Source: Thraustochytrium aureum (lineage: Eukaryota). Taken from it: a stretch of 41,754 nucleotides of DNA. The stretch covers positions 1-41,754 of the forward strand of contig BLSG01000106.1 of NCBI GenBank assembly GCA_012862495.1, written 5' to 3'. Positions 8,270 to 18,599 of this stretch are shown here, piece after piece. Numbering within the stretch: position 1 is the first letter of the stretch; each line of letters starts with the position of its first letter. Below the pieces are notes generated by a model that made no database searches, was not told where the DNA came from, and worked only from the letters and a program-made list of their open reading frames with translations. Made by a program: the position numbers and the translations under genes.

Positions 8270-11038
8270 NNNNNNNNNNNNNNNNNNNNNNNNNNNNNNN
8301 NNNNNNNNNNNNNNNNNNNNNNNNNNNNNNNNNNNNNNNNNNNNNNNNNNNNNNNNNNNNNNNNNNNNNNNNNNNNNNNNNNNNNNNNNNNNNNNNNNNN
8401 NNNNNNNNNNNNNNNNNNNNNNNNNNNNNNNNNNNNNNNNNNNNNNNNNNNNNNNNNNNNNNNNNNNNNNNNNNNNNNNNNNNNNNNNNNNNNNNNNNNN
8501 NNNNNNNNNNNNNNNNNNNNNNNNNNNNNNNNNNNNNNNNNNNNNNNNNNNNNNNNNNNNNNNNNNNNNNNNNNNNNNNNNNNNNNNNNNNNNNNNNNNN
8601 NNNNNNNNNNNNNNNNNNNNNNNNNNNNNNNNNNNNNNNNNNNNNNNNNNNNNNNNNNNNNNNNNNNNNNNNNNNNNNNNNNNNNNNNNNNNNNNNNNNN
8701 NNNNNNNNNNNNNNNNNNNNNNNNNNNNNNNNNNNNNNNNNNNNNNNNNNNNNNNNNNNNNNNNNNNNNNNNNNNNNNNNNNNNNNNNNNNNNNNNNNNN
8801 NNNNNNNNNNNNNNNNNNNNNNNNNNNNNNNNNNNNNNNNNNNNNNNNNNNNNNNNNNNNNNNNNNNNNNNNNNNNNNNNNNNNNNNNNNNNNNNNNNNN
8901 NNNNNNNNNNNNNNNNNNNNNNNNNNNNNNNNNNNNNNNNNNNNNNNNNNNNNNNNNNNNNNNNNNNNNNNNNNNNNNNNNNNNNNNNNNNNNNNNNNNN
9001 NNNNNNNNNNNNNNNNNNNNNNNNNNNNNNNNNNNNNNNNNNNNNNNNNNNNNNNNNNNNNNNNNNNNNNNNNNNNNNNNNNNNNNNNNNNNNNNNNNNN
9101 NNNNNNNNNNNNNNNNNNNNNNNNNNNNNNNNNNNNNNNNNNNNNNNNNNNNNNNNNNNNNNNNNNNNNNNNNNNNNNNNNNNNNNNNNNNNNNNCACCA
9201 GAGAGTAGAGTGAGTACTGTGCATTGCGGTGGTACTCTAACGGCCAGTTCAAGTTGTCTCTGCTGCCGCACACCGACGGAACTTGCGCATCATTCGCTCT
9301 CTCGTCGAAAAGACATGCAAGAGAATAAAGGCTGCTCTCCCCTCGAGCAACGTGAAGCTGCATTGCCCCCGTTTCCTGCCCGTTCGTTTGACGGGTTGGA
9401 CTTCTTTTGAGGCCCTCGCTGGCTGATTCTTTGAGCCCCCGGAGACTGTAACACAACTCGTGGAGCCGGATCAAAGAAAAAAGGATGAATTAAAAAAACA
9501 TTTGGGAGAAAATCGAATTTTTTAAATCGAATTTTTCGATTCTTTCTCGGTGTGGGGCTAGCTCAATCTGCAGGCCTGGAGGCTTTATCAATCCAAACCG
9601 TTCATCAAAATCATCACCTGTCGCCATTCACAAATCCCCCAAGCATCACAGCACTTTCGCGAATTGGGGGAGTAGCCTACTCTGCTCTGCAGGTAAACAC
9701 ACAATGTACTTACTCTGCATTGGGAACTTGCGAGTCCTTTAGCTCGAAGCCAGCTCTCTACTAGCTCTCTAGAGGGTAAGTGGGTACTTTAGAAATTTCC
9801 TAGCGGATTTACCCCCTGCGCATTTGAGCGGCAGGAGACCCTAGCTATAGCTTCCAGCAGGCTGCCAGCTCACATCTCCGCGTGGAGGAGCCGGGCGTCC
9901 GATCCACTCAAGACTCGTTCCTCCCCAGTAGCGAGTCGCTCAGTCCGTATCCCGCCCTGAGAATCAGTTGCTTCCCCCGCACCTCCCTGCTCCGTTTCCC
10001 CACAGAGCCTCGCCAAACCCCCGTACCACCGGGAGGAGCCTTGAGGGGTGCCCTCTCGGAGCCAACGACAGCGGCTGGGAGGCGCCGAAACAGCCGAGTT
10101 GCTCCTCCTCACAGGCCTTGGAGGCCCTGAGGAGGGCGGCCCACTCAGAAGCAGTGCCGAGGCNNNNNNNNNNNNNNNNNNNNNNNNNNNNNNNNNNNNN
10201 NNNNNNNNNNNNNNNNNNNNNNNNNNNNNNNNNNNNNNNNNNNNNNNNNNNNNNNNNNNNNNNNNNNNNNNNNNNNNNNNNNNNNNNNNNNNNNNNNNNN
10301 NNNNNNNNNNNNNNNNNNNNNNNNNNNNNNNNNNNNNNNNNNNNNNNNNNNNNNNNNNNNNNNNNNNNNNNNNNNNNNNNNNNNNNNNNNNNNNNNNNNN
10401 NNNNNNNNNNNNNNNNNNNNNNNNNNNNNNNNNNNNNNNNNNNNNNNNNNNNNNNNNNNNNNNNNNNNNNNNNNNNNNNNNNNNNNNNNNNNNNNNNNNN
10501 NNNNNNNNNNNNNNNNNNNNNNNNNNNNNNNNNNNNNNNNNNNNNNNNNNNNNNNNNNNNNNNNNNNNNNNNNNNNNNNNNNNNNNNNNNNNNNNNNNNN
10601 NNNNNNNNNNNNNNNNNNNNNNNNNNNNNNNNNNNNNNNNNNNNNNNNNNNNNNNNNNNNNNNNNNNNNNNNNNNNNNNNNNNNNNNNNNNNNNNNNNNN
10701 NNNNNNNNNNNNNNNNNNAAGGGGGTCGTCGCTACGTGCGACTCCCAAAGCCCAGGCCAATGCAGTAACGTCGCCGCCGTGGCATTGTCGGCACCAGCGA
10801 GGGCAGCTGCGCCGCGCCCGCGTTCGTGCGCGCTGCGGCTGGCTCGGCATCTGGGGTTTTGTTTTCGCAAGGTCGAGGCTCGCGTGCGTCGTCTCGGCGC
10901 CGGCCCGCACGCCGGCCTCGCGGACGACGTGACGACACCCGGTGGACGAGCAGCCAGCCTCCTCGCTCGCTTTGCATGCTCGATTGCCTGCCCGCCTGCC
11001 CGCCTGCGCCCACAGTTTCCCCGAGGAGGTTAAAGCGC

Positions 11039-11381
11039 ATGGGCAGAGGCACCTGCCCTGAGCCTGGTGGTGGCCAGCAGAGCCTGGCTGGTGAGCTGAT
11101 GCAAAACGCGCAGCTGAGCATGGGTGGCCAGCAGCAGCAACAACAACACGGGCAGCAGCAGTTGAAGATGCCAGCCATGGTGCAGCAATTGTTTGGCAAC
11201 AACACTACCGTGGGGCAGCAGCAGAGTTTCAACCTGAACTCGAACGGCATGCCCCAGTTCCCAATGCAGCAGCACCAGCAGCACCAGCAGCACCAGCACC
11301 AGCCAGTGTTCTTTCCGCACGCGATGCAACAAAAGCCGAGCGTGAACATAGCGCCACAGGTATTTGGTGGCCAGCCAGCTC

Positions 11382-11439
<58 letters not shown>

Positions 11440-12065
11440 GCACGCTTACGGTCAGAGCTTAAACTCTTTCAGCCAGTTCAATCCACAGCCGTTTCAGCCA
11501 CAGCCACAACAACAGTTTGGCACCGGTGCTGTGTTTTTGGTTCCAAACTCAGGTTACAACAACAGCGGCCCAAGGCTGCAAGACCCATCCGGTGTGAGCA
11601 ACGCGCCTCCAGAATCCGCATCCTCGACAAGATCGTCCCATGCAAATTTCCCCAGCGTAGTGCCACAGCTCTCGCAACATGGGGGCGTCGCTTATGCCGA
11701 CGAAATCGGCCAGATTGGAAACCAGGCAAAGAGCTCAAATGTTGCCCACAACCCTCACGATTCGCCGTATGGGATGCCAATCGAGAACCGTTTAGGGGGG
11801 AACGCGGCGCCGTCGGCCGCGACTTCGTCCACGGCTGGCCGTGGTCAGCAGAACCAACAACTGGCAATGATACAGCAAGCCTTCAGCAGTGCAAACGTTG
11901 GAGGCGGAGTAGGTGCAGGTGGCAGCCAAATGGTCCAGTTCCCGCAGTTCAATCCAGCCCAGAACCTTGTCCAGAGCTACCAGGGCGTGGCGCATATGCC
12001 TCAACAATCCCCGGTGATCTTTCTACAAACGCCGAGCGGCGTCGCTATCCAGCACCAATCCTATT

Positions 12066-12101
<36 letters not shown>

Positions 12102-13485
12102 TCGCTCAGCCCAAGGCAGACGACCAGCTCCAGCAACATCCTGGCCTGGACCACAGCAACGTGTTTTCGCCGTTCTCTTCGCAGCAGGTCTTGCAACTGC
12201 AAGGTCAGCTGCCCCAGGTCGTTCAGCTGAGCGCAGGCGGGCAATTCGCTTCCATGCCTGCCGGAGCAAGCAAGAACTTGGCGCCGCAAATCTTCTTCAA
12301 CACCAACATCAGCAATGGACTCCCCAGCGACACCAGCTGCGCTGGTGTCGCCAGAAGCAGCAGCAGCGGCAGCGCCAACTCGATCGCTCCTGGCGCTGGC
12401 GGTGGAGCCCCCACCGGCGTGCGCAGTGTCATCGGCGGCCACTCGCAAGGCGCGTTTCCGCGTACCAGTACGTCCAGGGCATCCAGCCCAAGGCAGCCGG
12501 CCAAGACAGCCTCCCTGTCCCGTTCCCTCGCCCCGTGCCAGGGCTCAACACTGTCACCCACCAACACCTCTTGGGCCGCCCTTGGCTCGTTCCAGGTGAC
12601 AACAAGACGACGAANNNNNNNNNNNNNNNNNNNNNNNNNNNNNNNNNNNNNNNNNNNNNNNNNNNNNNNNNNNNNNNNNNNNNNNNNNNNNNNNNNNNNN
12701 NNNNNNNNNNNNNNNNNNNNNNNNNNNNNNNNNNNNNNNNNNNNNNNNNNNNNNNNNNNNNNNNNNNNNNNNNNNNNNNNNNNNNNNNNNNNNNNNNNNN
12801 NNNNNNNNNNNNNNNNNNNNNNNNNNNNNNNNNNNNNNNNNNNNNNNNNNNNNNNNNNNNNNNNNNNNNNNNNNNNNNNNNNNNNNNNNNNNNNNCCGCA
12901 AAGAGCCGCGCCACGAATGTCAACCCGAGCGACCCGACTCGTCGGCAGCGCCCGTCAAGCTCTAAGTTCCGCGGAGTCTCCTGGCACAAGCGCGACAAGG
13001 CTTGGGTAGCACGTGTCTGGCACAACGGCAAGAGCGAGCACGTTGGCGTCTACACCTCGGAGGCGCGAGCCGCAATCGCAGTGGATGAGACGCTATTGCG
13101 TTATCGCGGCGCCGACCAGGCCATGCAGCTAAACTTTCCCGACGCAGAAGAGCGCGAGCGGCTCAAGGAGGAGCTTCGCCTTGGCGTCTTGCGCACTCGC
13201 AGCTCAGGGTCAGACGCGGACTCCACCAACGCAGCGCCAACAGTAGACGACGACAGCGTCGACGTGCTCAAAGAAGCCAACGGTGACGACGTCGACGAGG
13301 GCCCTGACAAGCGCGGGGCCAAGCGCAAGGGCGGCCAGCCAGACGGCGAAACAGTTGGAAGGGAAACCAAGCGCCCTGCCTCCTCTGCGAGCTGCGACCG
13401 CGAGCCTCTGGAGGCCTCGGATCTGGCGCACCCCACCGCCGAGGCCACGCACGCCATCAAGTCGGAGGCCGACGAGCAAGCTTGA
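11039..13485 (+). CDS. Glutamine-rich AP2/ERF-domain transcription factor (spans a gap; probable frameshift near 12458)
   Basis: Poly-Q N-terminus and AP2 domain SSKFRGVSWHKRDKAWVARVWHNGKSEHVGVYTSEARAAIAVD...LNFP at about 12958-13140, with a basic NLS-like KRGAKRK. One extra C at TTT CC(C) GCG gives FPAYQYVQGIQP in the downstream frame. Confidence 0.85.
11383..11437 (+). repeat. (CAG)n microsatellite encoding poly-Q
   Basis: Uninterrupted CAG run; a second run lies at about 12068-12097. Confidence 0.95.
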
Positions 13486-13717
13486 ACGGCAACCTCACTT
13501 AATTTCCTCGAGTGCCTTGACGGTCGAGCAGCGGGCTGCCTCTGCAGCCCGCTAGTGATCTGGCATCCTGACCTGACCCAACCTCCCATCACACCCACCA
13601 CAGCATTTTTTAAACGTTCTTGCTTTCTTCTTCTTGTTGTTGTATTGCTGTTTCTCGGTAGGGTGCTTGCTCTATGCGGCCTACGCACAAGCCCGCCTGC
13701 ACATCGACCTTCCGCCC

Positions 13718-14054
13718 CTACATATCGTCCTCCGAGTCGATGTAGGCGCGCTCCGCCCGCTGCCTTTCTGCGAAAGACCCACCCTGCTGCTCCTCGTCGT
13801 CACTGCCGTCCGAGCTACCCGGCCTGCGCGCGACGGCTCGCTTGGCCAGCCGCGGTCCTGCAAAGCCAGCCTCCAGCTCGTCCGAGCTGCTTTCTGAGCT
13901 TGAGCTGCCACGGGCGAGCGCTCGACGCTTCGTTTTAGGAGGGCGACCCTCCCAAGGTGCGCCTTCCGCGCGCTTGGCATCCGAGTCTTGGCCCACATTC
14001 TCTGGGCCAGGCGAGTTCTCCTTGCCCGCGTTGGAAGAAATCCTGCGTCGGTTG
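13718..14054 (-). CDS. C-terminal fragment of an unknown acidic/disordered protein (5' part in gap)
   Basis: Frame ...GKENSPGPEN...SSSSESSSDELE...SDGSDDEEQQ...YIDSEDDM*, convergent with the AP2 gene. Confidence 0.5.
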
Positions 14055-15454
14055 NNNNNNNNNNNNNNNNNNNNNNNNNNNNNNNNNNNNNNNNNNNNNN
14101 NNNNNNNNNNNNNNNNNNNNNNNNNNNNNNNNNNNNNNNNNNNNNNNNNNNNNNNNNNNNNNNNNNNNNNNNNNNNNNNNNNNNNNNNNNNNNNNNNNNN
14201 NNNNNNNNNNNNNNNNNNNNNNNNNNNNNNNNNNNNNNNNNNNNNNNNNNNNNNNNNNNNNNNNNNNNNNNNNNNNNNNNNNNNNNNNNNNNNNNNNNNN
14301 NNNNNNNNNNNNNNNNNNNNNNNNNNNNNNNNNNNNNNNNNNNNNNNNNNNNNNNNNNNNNNNNNNNNNNNNNNNNNNNNNNNNNNNNNNNNNNNNNNNN
14401 NNNNNNNNNNNNNNNNNNNNNNNNNNNNNNNNNNNNNNNNNNNNNNNNNNNNNNNNNNNNNNNNNNNNNNNNNNNNNNNNNNNNNNNNNNNNNNNNNNNN
14501 NNNNNNNNNNNNNNNNNNNNNNNNNNNNNNNNNNNNNNNNNNNNNNNNNNNNNNNNNNNNNNNNNNNNNNNNNNNNNNNNNNNNNNNNNNNNNNNNNNNN
14601 NNNNNNNNNNNNNNNNNNNNNNNNNNNNNNNNNNNNNNNNNNNNNNNNNNNNNNNNNNNNNNNNNNNNNNNNNNNNNNNNNNNNNNNNNNNNNNNNNNNN
14701 NNNNNNNNNNNNNNNNNNNNNNNNNNNNNNNNNNNNNNNNNNNNNNNNNNNNNNNNNNNNNNNNNNNNNNNNNNNNNNNNNNNNNNNNNNNNNNNNNNNN
14801 NNNNNNNNNNNNNNNNNNNNNNNNNNNNNNNNNNNNNNNNNNNNNNNNNNNNNNNNNNNNNNNNNNNNNNNNNNNNNNNNNNNNNNNNNNNNNNNNNNNN
14901 NNNNNNNTTCGCTTGGCGCGGGCGGTGGAGGGAGGGAGGGAGGGAGGGAGAAAGAAAGAAGTAAGCAAGCAAGCAAGGACCCAAACCGCGACAAACCTCA
15001 AGCTCCCACGCCCCACAAGCGCCAAGCCCAGCCGCGCGCCCCGCAACAACAGCAGCAGCAACCACCGCCACAACGACACCTGCGACGACAACAAGCTCTC
15101 GCGTCTGAGCAGCGCCGTCGAAGCTGCCTGCGTCCGCTTGCTTCTCCAAAATCAAAATCAATCAATCAACACTTAAAGCACACGGCCCTAAAGAACGAAG
15201 AACTCTGACCTCACCATTGCACTTCGCAAGGCGAGCCGAGCCGCGCTGCTTAAAAGTGTCTCATGTTTTTGCTGTTGGTCTTTGCGGGAGAAAGTGCATT
15301 TCGTTGACGCACAGACCCTGGTGAACGCGAAGAGGCATTGACGCGCGCGGGCCTGAAGGCAGCTGGCCGGCTTGGCACGCGGACGGGCACACACGGGGCT
15401 GCTGCTGCGCTGGGCTGCGCTGGGCTGCTCGACTGGGCTGCTGCTCGTGGCGGT

Positions 15455-15688
15455 ATGCATCCGAAGGTTCGGGATCTGTACAAGCGGATCTTGCACGTGG
15501 GCAAGGAGTACCCGCTCGGGCTGGACTGGGTCAAGAGGAAGGCCAAGCCGTGGATCATGCAGAACGCCGCGCTGGAGGACGAGGTCGAGGTGAAGAAGAA
15601 GATCGCGGAAGGCAGGTTTTGGGTGAGGGAGATGCAGTCCGTCATCGCGCTGAGAAAGTACCGGACGATGAAGAAGCGGTACGGCTAG
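15455..15688 (+). CDS. ETFRF1: LYR-motif protein, electron transfer flavoprotein regulatory factor 1 (LYRM5)
   Basis: MHPKVRDLYKRILHVGKEYPLGLDW...IAEGRF...LRKYRTMKKRY matches the LYRM5 pattern LYK-LL-LG-DYP-G ... LRKYRAMK-RY. Confidence 0.9.
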   Translation: MHPKVRDLYKRILHVGKEYPLGLDWVKRKAKPWIMQNAALEDEVEVKKKIAEGRFWVREMQSVIALRKYRTMKKRYG

Positions 15689-16750
15689 CGAGGGACCCTG
15701 CCGGAGCGCAGCGGCCTCGGCCCCAGAGGCCCGCCACCATACTTGTTCAGCTAAAGCCAGCCAGCTACGTCTAGCTAGAGAGCACATACACCCTCCCGTC
15801 CTCGACTTGCTCGCCACACTTGCGCAGGCCCGTGCGGGCTCCTTCGCTCTGCTCTGACGGAACGAAAACTGGAGTCTCGCTCGCACGCACGCCTGGCCGG
15901 CGGAAGGCTCGCGCCCAGGCCTCCNNNNNNNNNNNNNNNNNNNNNNNNNNNNNNNNNNNNNNNNNNNNNNNNNNNNNNNNNNNNNNNNNNNNNNNNNNNN
16001 NNNNNNNNNNNNNNNNNNNNNNNNNNNNNNNNNNNNNNNNNNNNNNNNNNNNNNNNNNNNNNNNNNNNNNNNNNNNNNNNNNNNNNNNNNNNNNNNNNNN
16101 NNNNNNNNNNNNNNNNNNNNNNNNNNNNNNNNNNNNNNNNNNNNNNNNNNNNNNNNNNNNNNNNNNNNNNNNNNNNNNNNNNNNNNNNNNNNNNNNNNNN
16201 NNNNNNNNNNNNNNNNNNNNNNNNNNNNNNNNNNNNNNNNNNNNNNNNNNNNNNNNNNNNNNNNNNNNNNNNNNNNNNNNNNNNNNNNNNNNNNNNNNNN
16301 NNNNNNNNNNNNNNNNNNNNNNNNNNNNNNNNNNNNNNNNNNNNNNNNNNNNNNNNNNNNNNNNNNNNNNNNNNNNNNNNNNNNNNNNNNNNNNNNNNNN
16401 NNNNNNNNNNNNNNNNNNNNNNNNNNNNNNNNNNNNNNNNNNNNNNNNNNNNNNNNNNNNNNNNNNNNNNNNNNNNNNNNNNNNNNNNNNNNNNNNNNNN
16501 NNNNNNNNNNNNNNNNNNNNNNNNNNNNNNNNNNNNNNNNNNNNNNNNNNNNNNNNNNNNNNNNNNNNNNNNNNNNNNNNNNNNNNNNNNNNNNNNNNNN
16601 NNNNNNNNNNNNNNNNNNNNNNNNNNNNNNNNNNNNNNNNNNNNNNNNNNNNNNNNNNNNNNNNNNNNNNNNNNNNNNNNNNNNNNNNNNNNNNNNNNNN
16701 NNNNNNNNNNNNNNNNNNNNNNNNNNNNNNNNNNNNNNNNNNNNNNNNNN

Positions 16751-17280
16751 ATGTCGCCTTGCACGAATCTGCAGAGGACCGCCAGGACGTCCGCCTCGCC
16801 AAGCTTTCGAATTGCGCTGTCAACATTCTGCAGGTCAGCGGCGCTCTGCGTTGCGACAGCCTCGTCGACTGCGACGTGTATTGTGGCCCTGTGGCTGGAT
16901 CCGCCTTCTTCCAAGACTGCGTTGGTTGCGTCTTCCACATTGCGTCGCGCCAGGTGCGCATCCACGACTCGAGATCGTGCGACTTTTACCTCCACGTTTT
17001 ATCCAGGCCAATTTTTGAGCACTGCTCTGCGCTGCGATTCGCGCCGTATTGCTTTACGTACCCGGCGCTGCTCCCGCATCTCGAGGCTGCAGGTCTTGCC
17101 CAGGACCGAGCCGCAGACTCGTGGCGGGACGTTGACGACTTTCGCTGGCTGCGCAAGCAGCAGAGCCCTAATTGGTCGGTCCTTCCTGAGGGCGAGCGCC
17201 GCCAAGTCTGTTTTGGGCCCGGCGAGCAGCCAGACGTCCCGACACGGCACACCGCTGCGCCGCCTTCTGCACAAACCTGA
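16751..17280 (+). CDS. TBCC: Tubulin-binding cofactor C, C-terminal domain (5' part in gap)
   Basis: Beta-helix motifs GPVAGSAFFQDC and IASRQVRIHDS (arginine-finger region), then SRPIFEHCSALRFAPY and WRDVDDFRWLRKQQSPNW. Confidence 0.9.
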
Positions 17281-17695
17281 TGGAGCCCCCACCAACGCCG
17301 CCGCCGGAACAACAACAACAACAACAAATTGCCTTGCTTCTTTGTCCAGCGTTTTGCCTCGGTCGCGTACTAGTCCGGAAGCTCGTAACGGGGCCATGCG
17401 AACAGCACGTAAGTTGCGAGTTCGGAAGCTGATAGCGTGGCTATGCGAACAGGACTGAAGGGCGTCAACCCGCCGCGGCCAAGATGACTCTATTAAGGGC
17501 CGCTCGACCCCGCTAGCTCCAGAGAGAGAGAGCGAGGAGAGCCCGCCAGCAGTCAACAAGCCGAGGGCTCCAGTGTACGCACGTACACTCTACGTATCTG
17601 CGGCGATGCCACAGCGCGCTCTGTCCGCTTGGCAAGCTCCGTCACCAGAGCAAGGTCCTCGTCGTCATGCCAGGCAAGCCAGCAATCAATCAGAC

Positions 17696-17780
17696 TTTCG
17701 GCTCCAAGGGGACCACCCTGGGGTTTCTTCAGTTCAGAGAATTTCGGCTCCTAGGGGACCGCCCTGGGGTTTCTGCAGCT
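17696..17780. repeat. Two-copy direct repeat, 46-bp period
   Basis: TTTCGGCTCCWAGGGGACCRCCCTGGGGTTTCTKCAG at 17696 and 17742. Confidence 0.8.
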
Positions 17781-18599
17781 GTCGCGCGCAGGGATGCCCC
17801 TTTCCAGGCTGCCCAAGGCGGCAGCCCAGCCTTCCGTTGTGACTCTCAACCCAACAAAGCCATGCATGGAAGGACAAGAGCTTATGGAACCAAACCCCAC
17901 GTAGCTCCTGTCCGCCACCGTGATCCCGCAGCGCGCCCGTGTGGCCTGGCGCGCCGGGCTCCTTGAACATCCAGCACGAAAGCGAGCCCTTCCTTGCAGC
18001 GAGCAAGTGTGTGGATGTCTTGTGTCCGCCTCAAACGGTAACAACGCCATTCCCGATCACGCAGACACCGACCAGTCGCAGCCGCTTGCCTGCACATTCA
18101 GCCAGCCAGCCAGCAAGCAAGCCAGCAAGCACGGGGAGCAAGAAGCTTGCTTGTGGCTTTTACCGGGTTGGCCTGCGCGGCGGCGGCGAACGGCATCAAG
18201 GCCTCCCGCGGTGGGCCAACCAAGCGCAAGTGCCGCCACCACAGCAAACGGCGTCCCTGCCGAGGCCTGCGCAAAACGCCACCGAGCCTCGCACGTGCCC
18301 AGTCTGCAGGACGCAGCCAGCGAGCCCCGCACCGGGGTTGCCTTCCTGAGGACTCTTGTTGTTGAAGGGGATTCGGCCTGCATCGTGGCGGTGAACGACC
18401 TNNNNNNNNNNNNNNNNNNNNNNNNNNNNNNNNNNNNNNNNNNNNNNNNNNNNNNNNNNNNNNNNNNNNNNNNNNNNNNNNNNNNNNNNNNNNNNNNNNN
18501 NNNNNNNNNNNNNNNNNNNNNNNNNNNNNNNNNNNNNNNNNNNNNNNNNNNNNNNNNNNNNNNNNNNNNNNNNNNNNNNNNNNNNNNNNNNNNNNGGAG

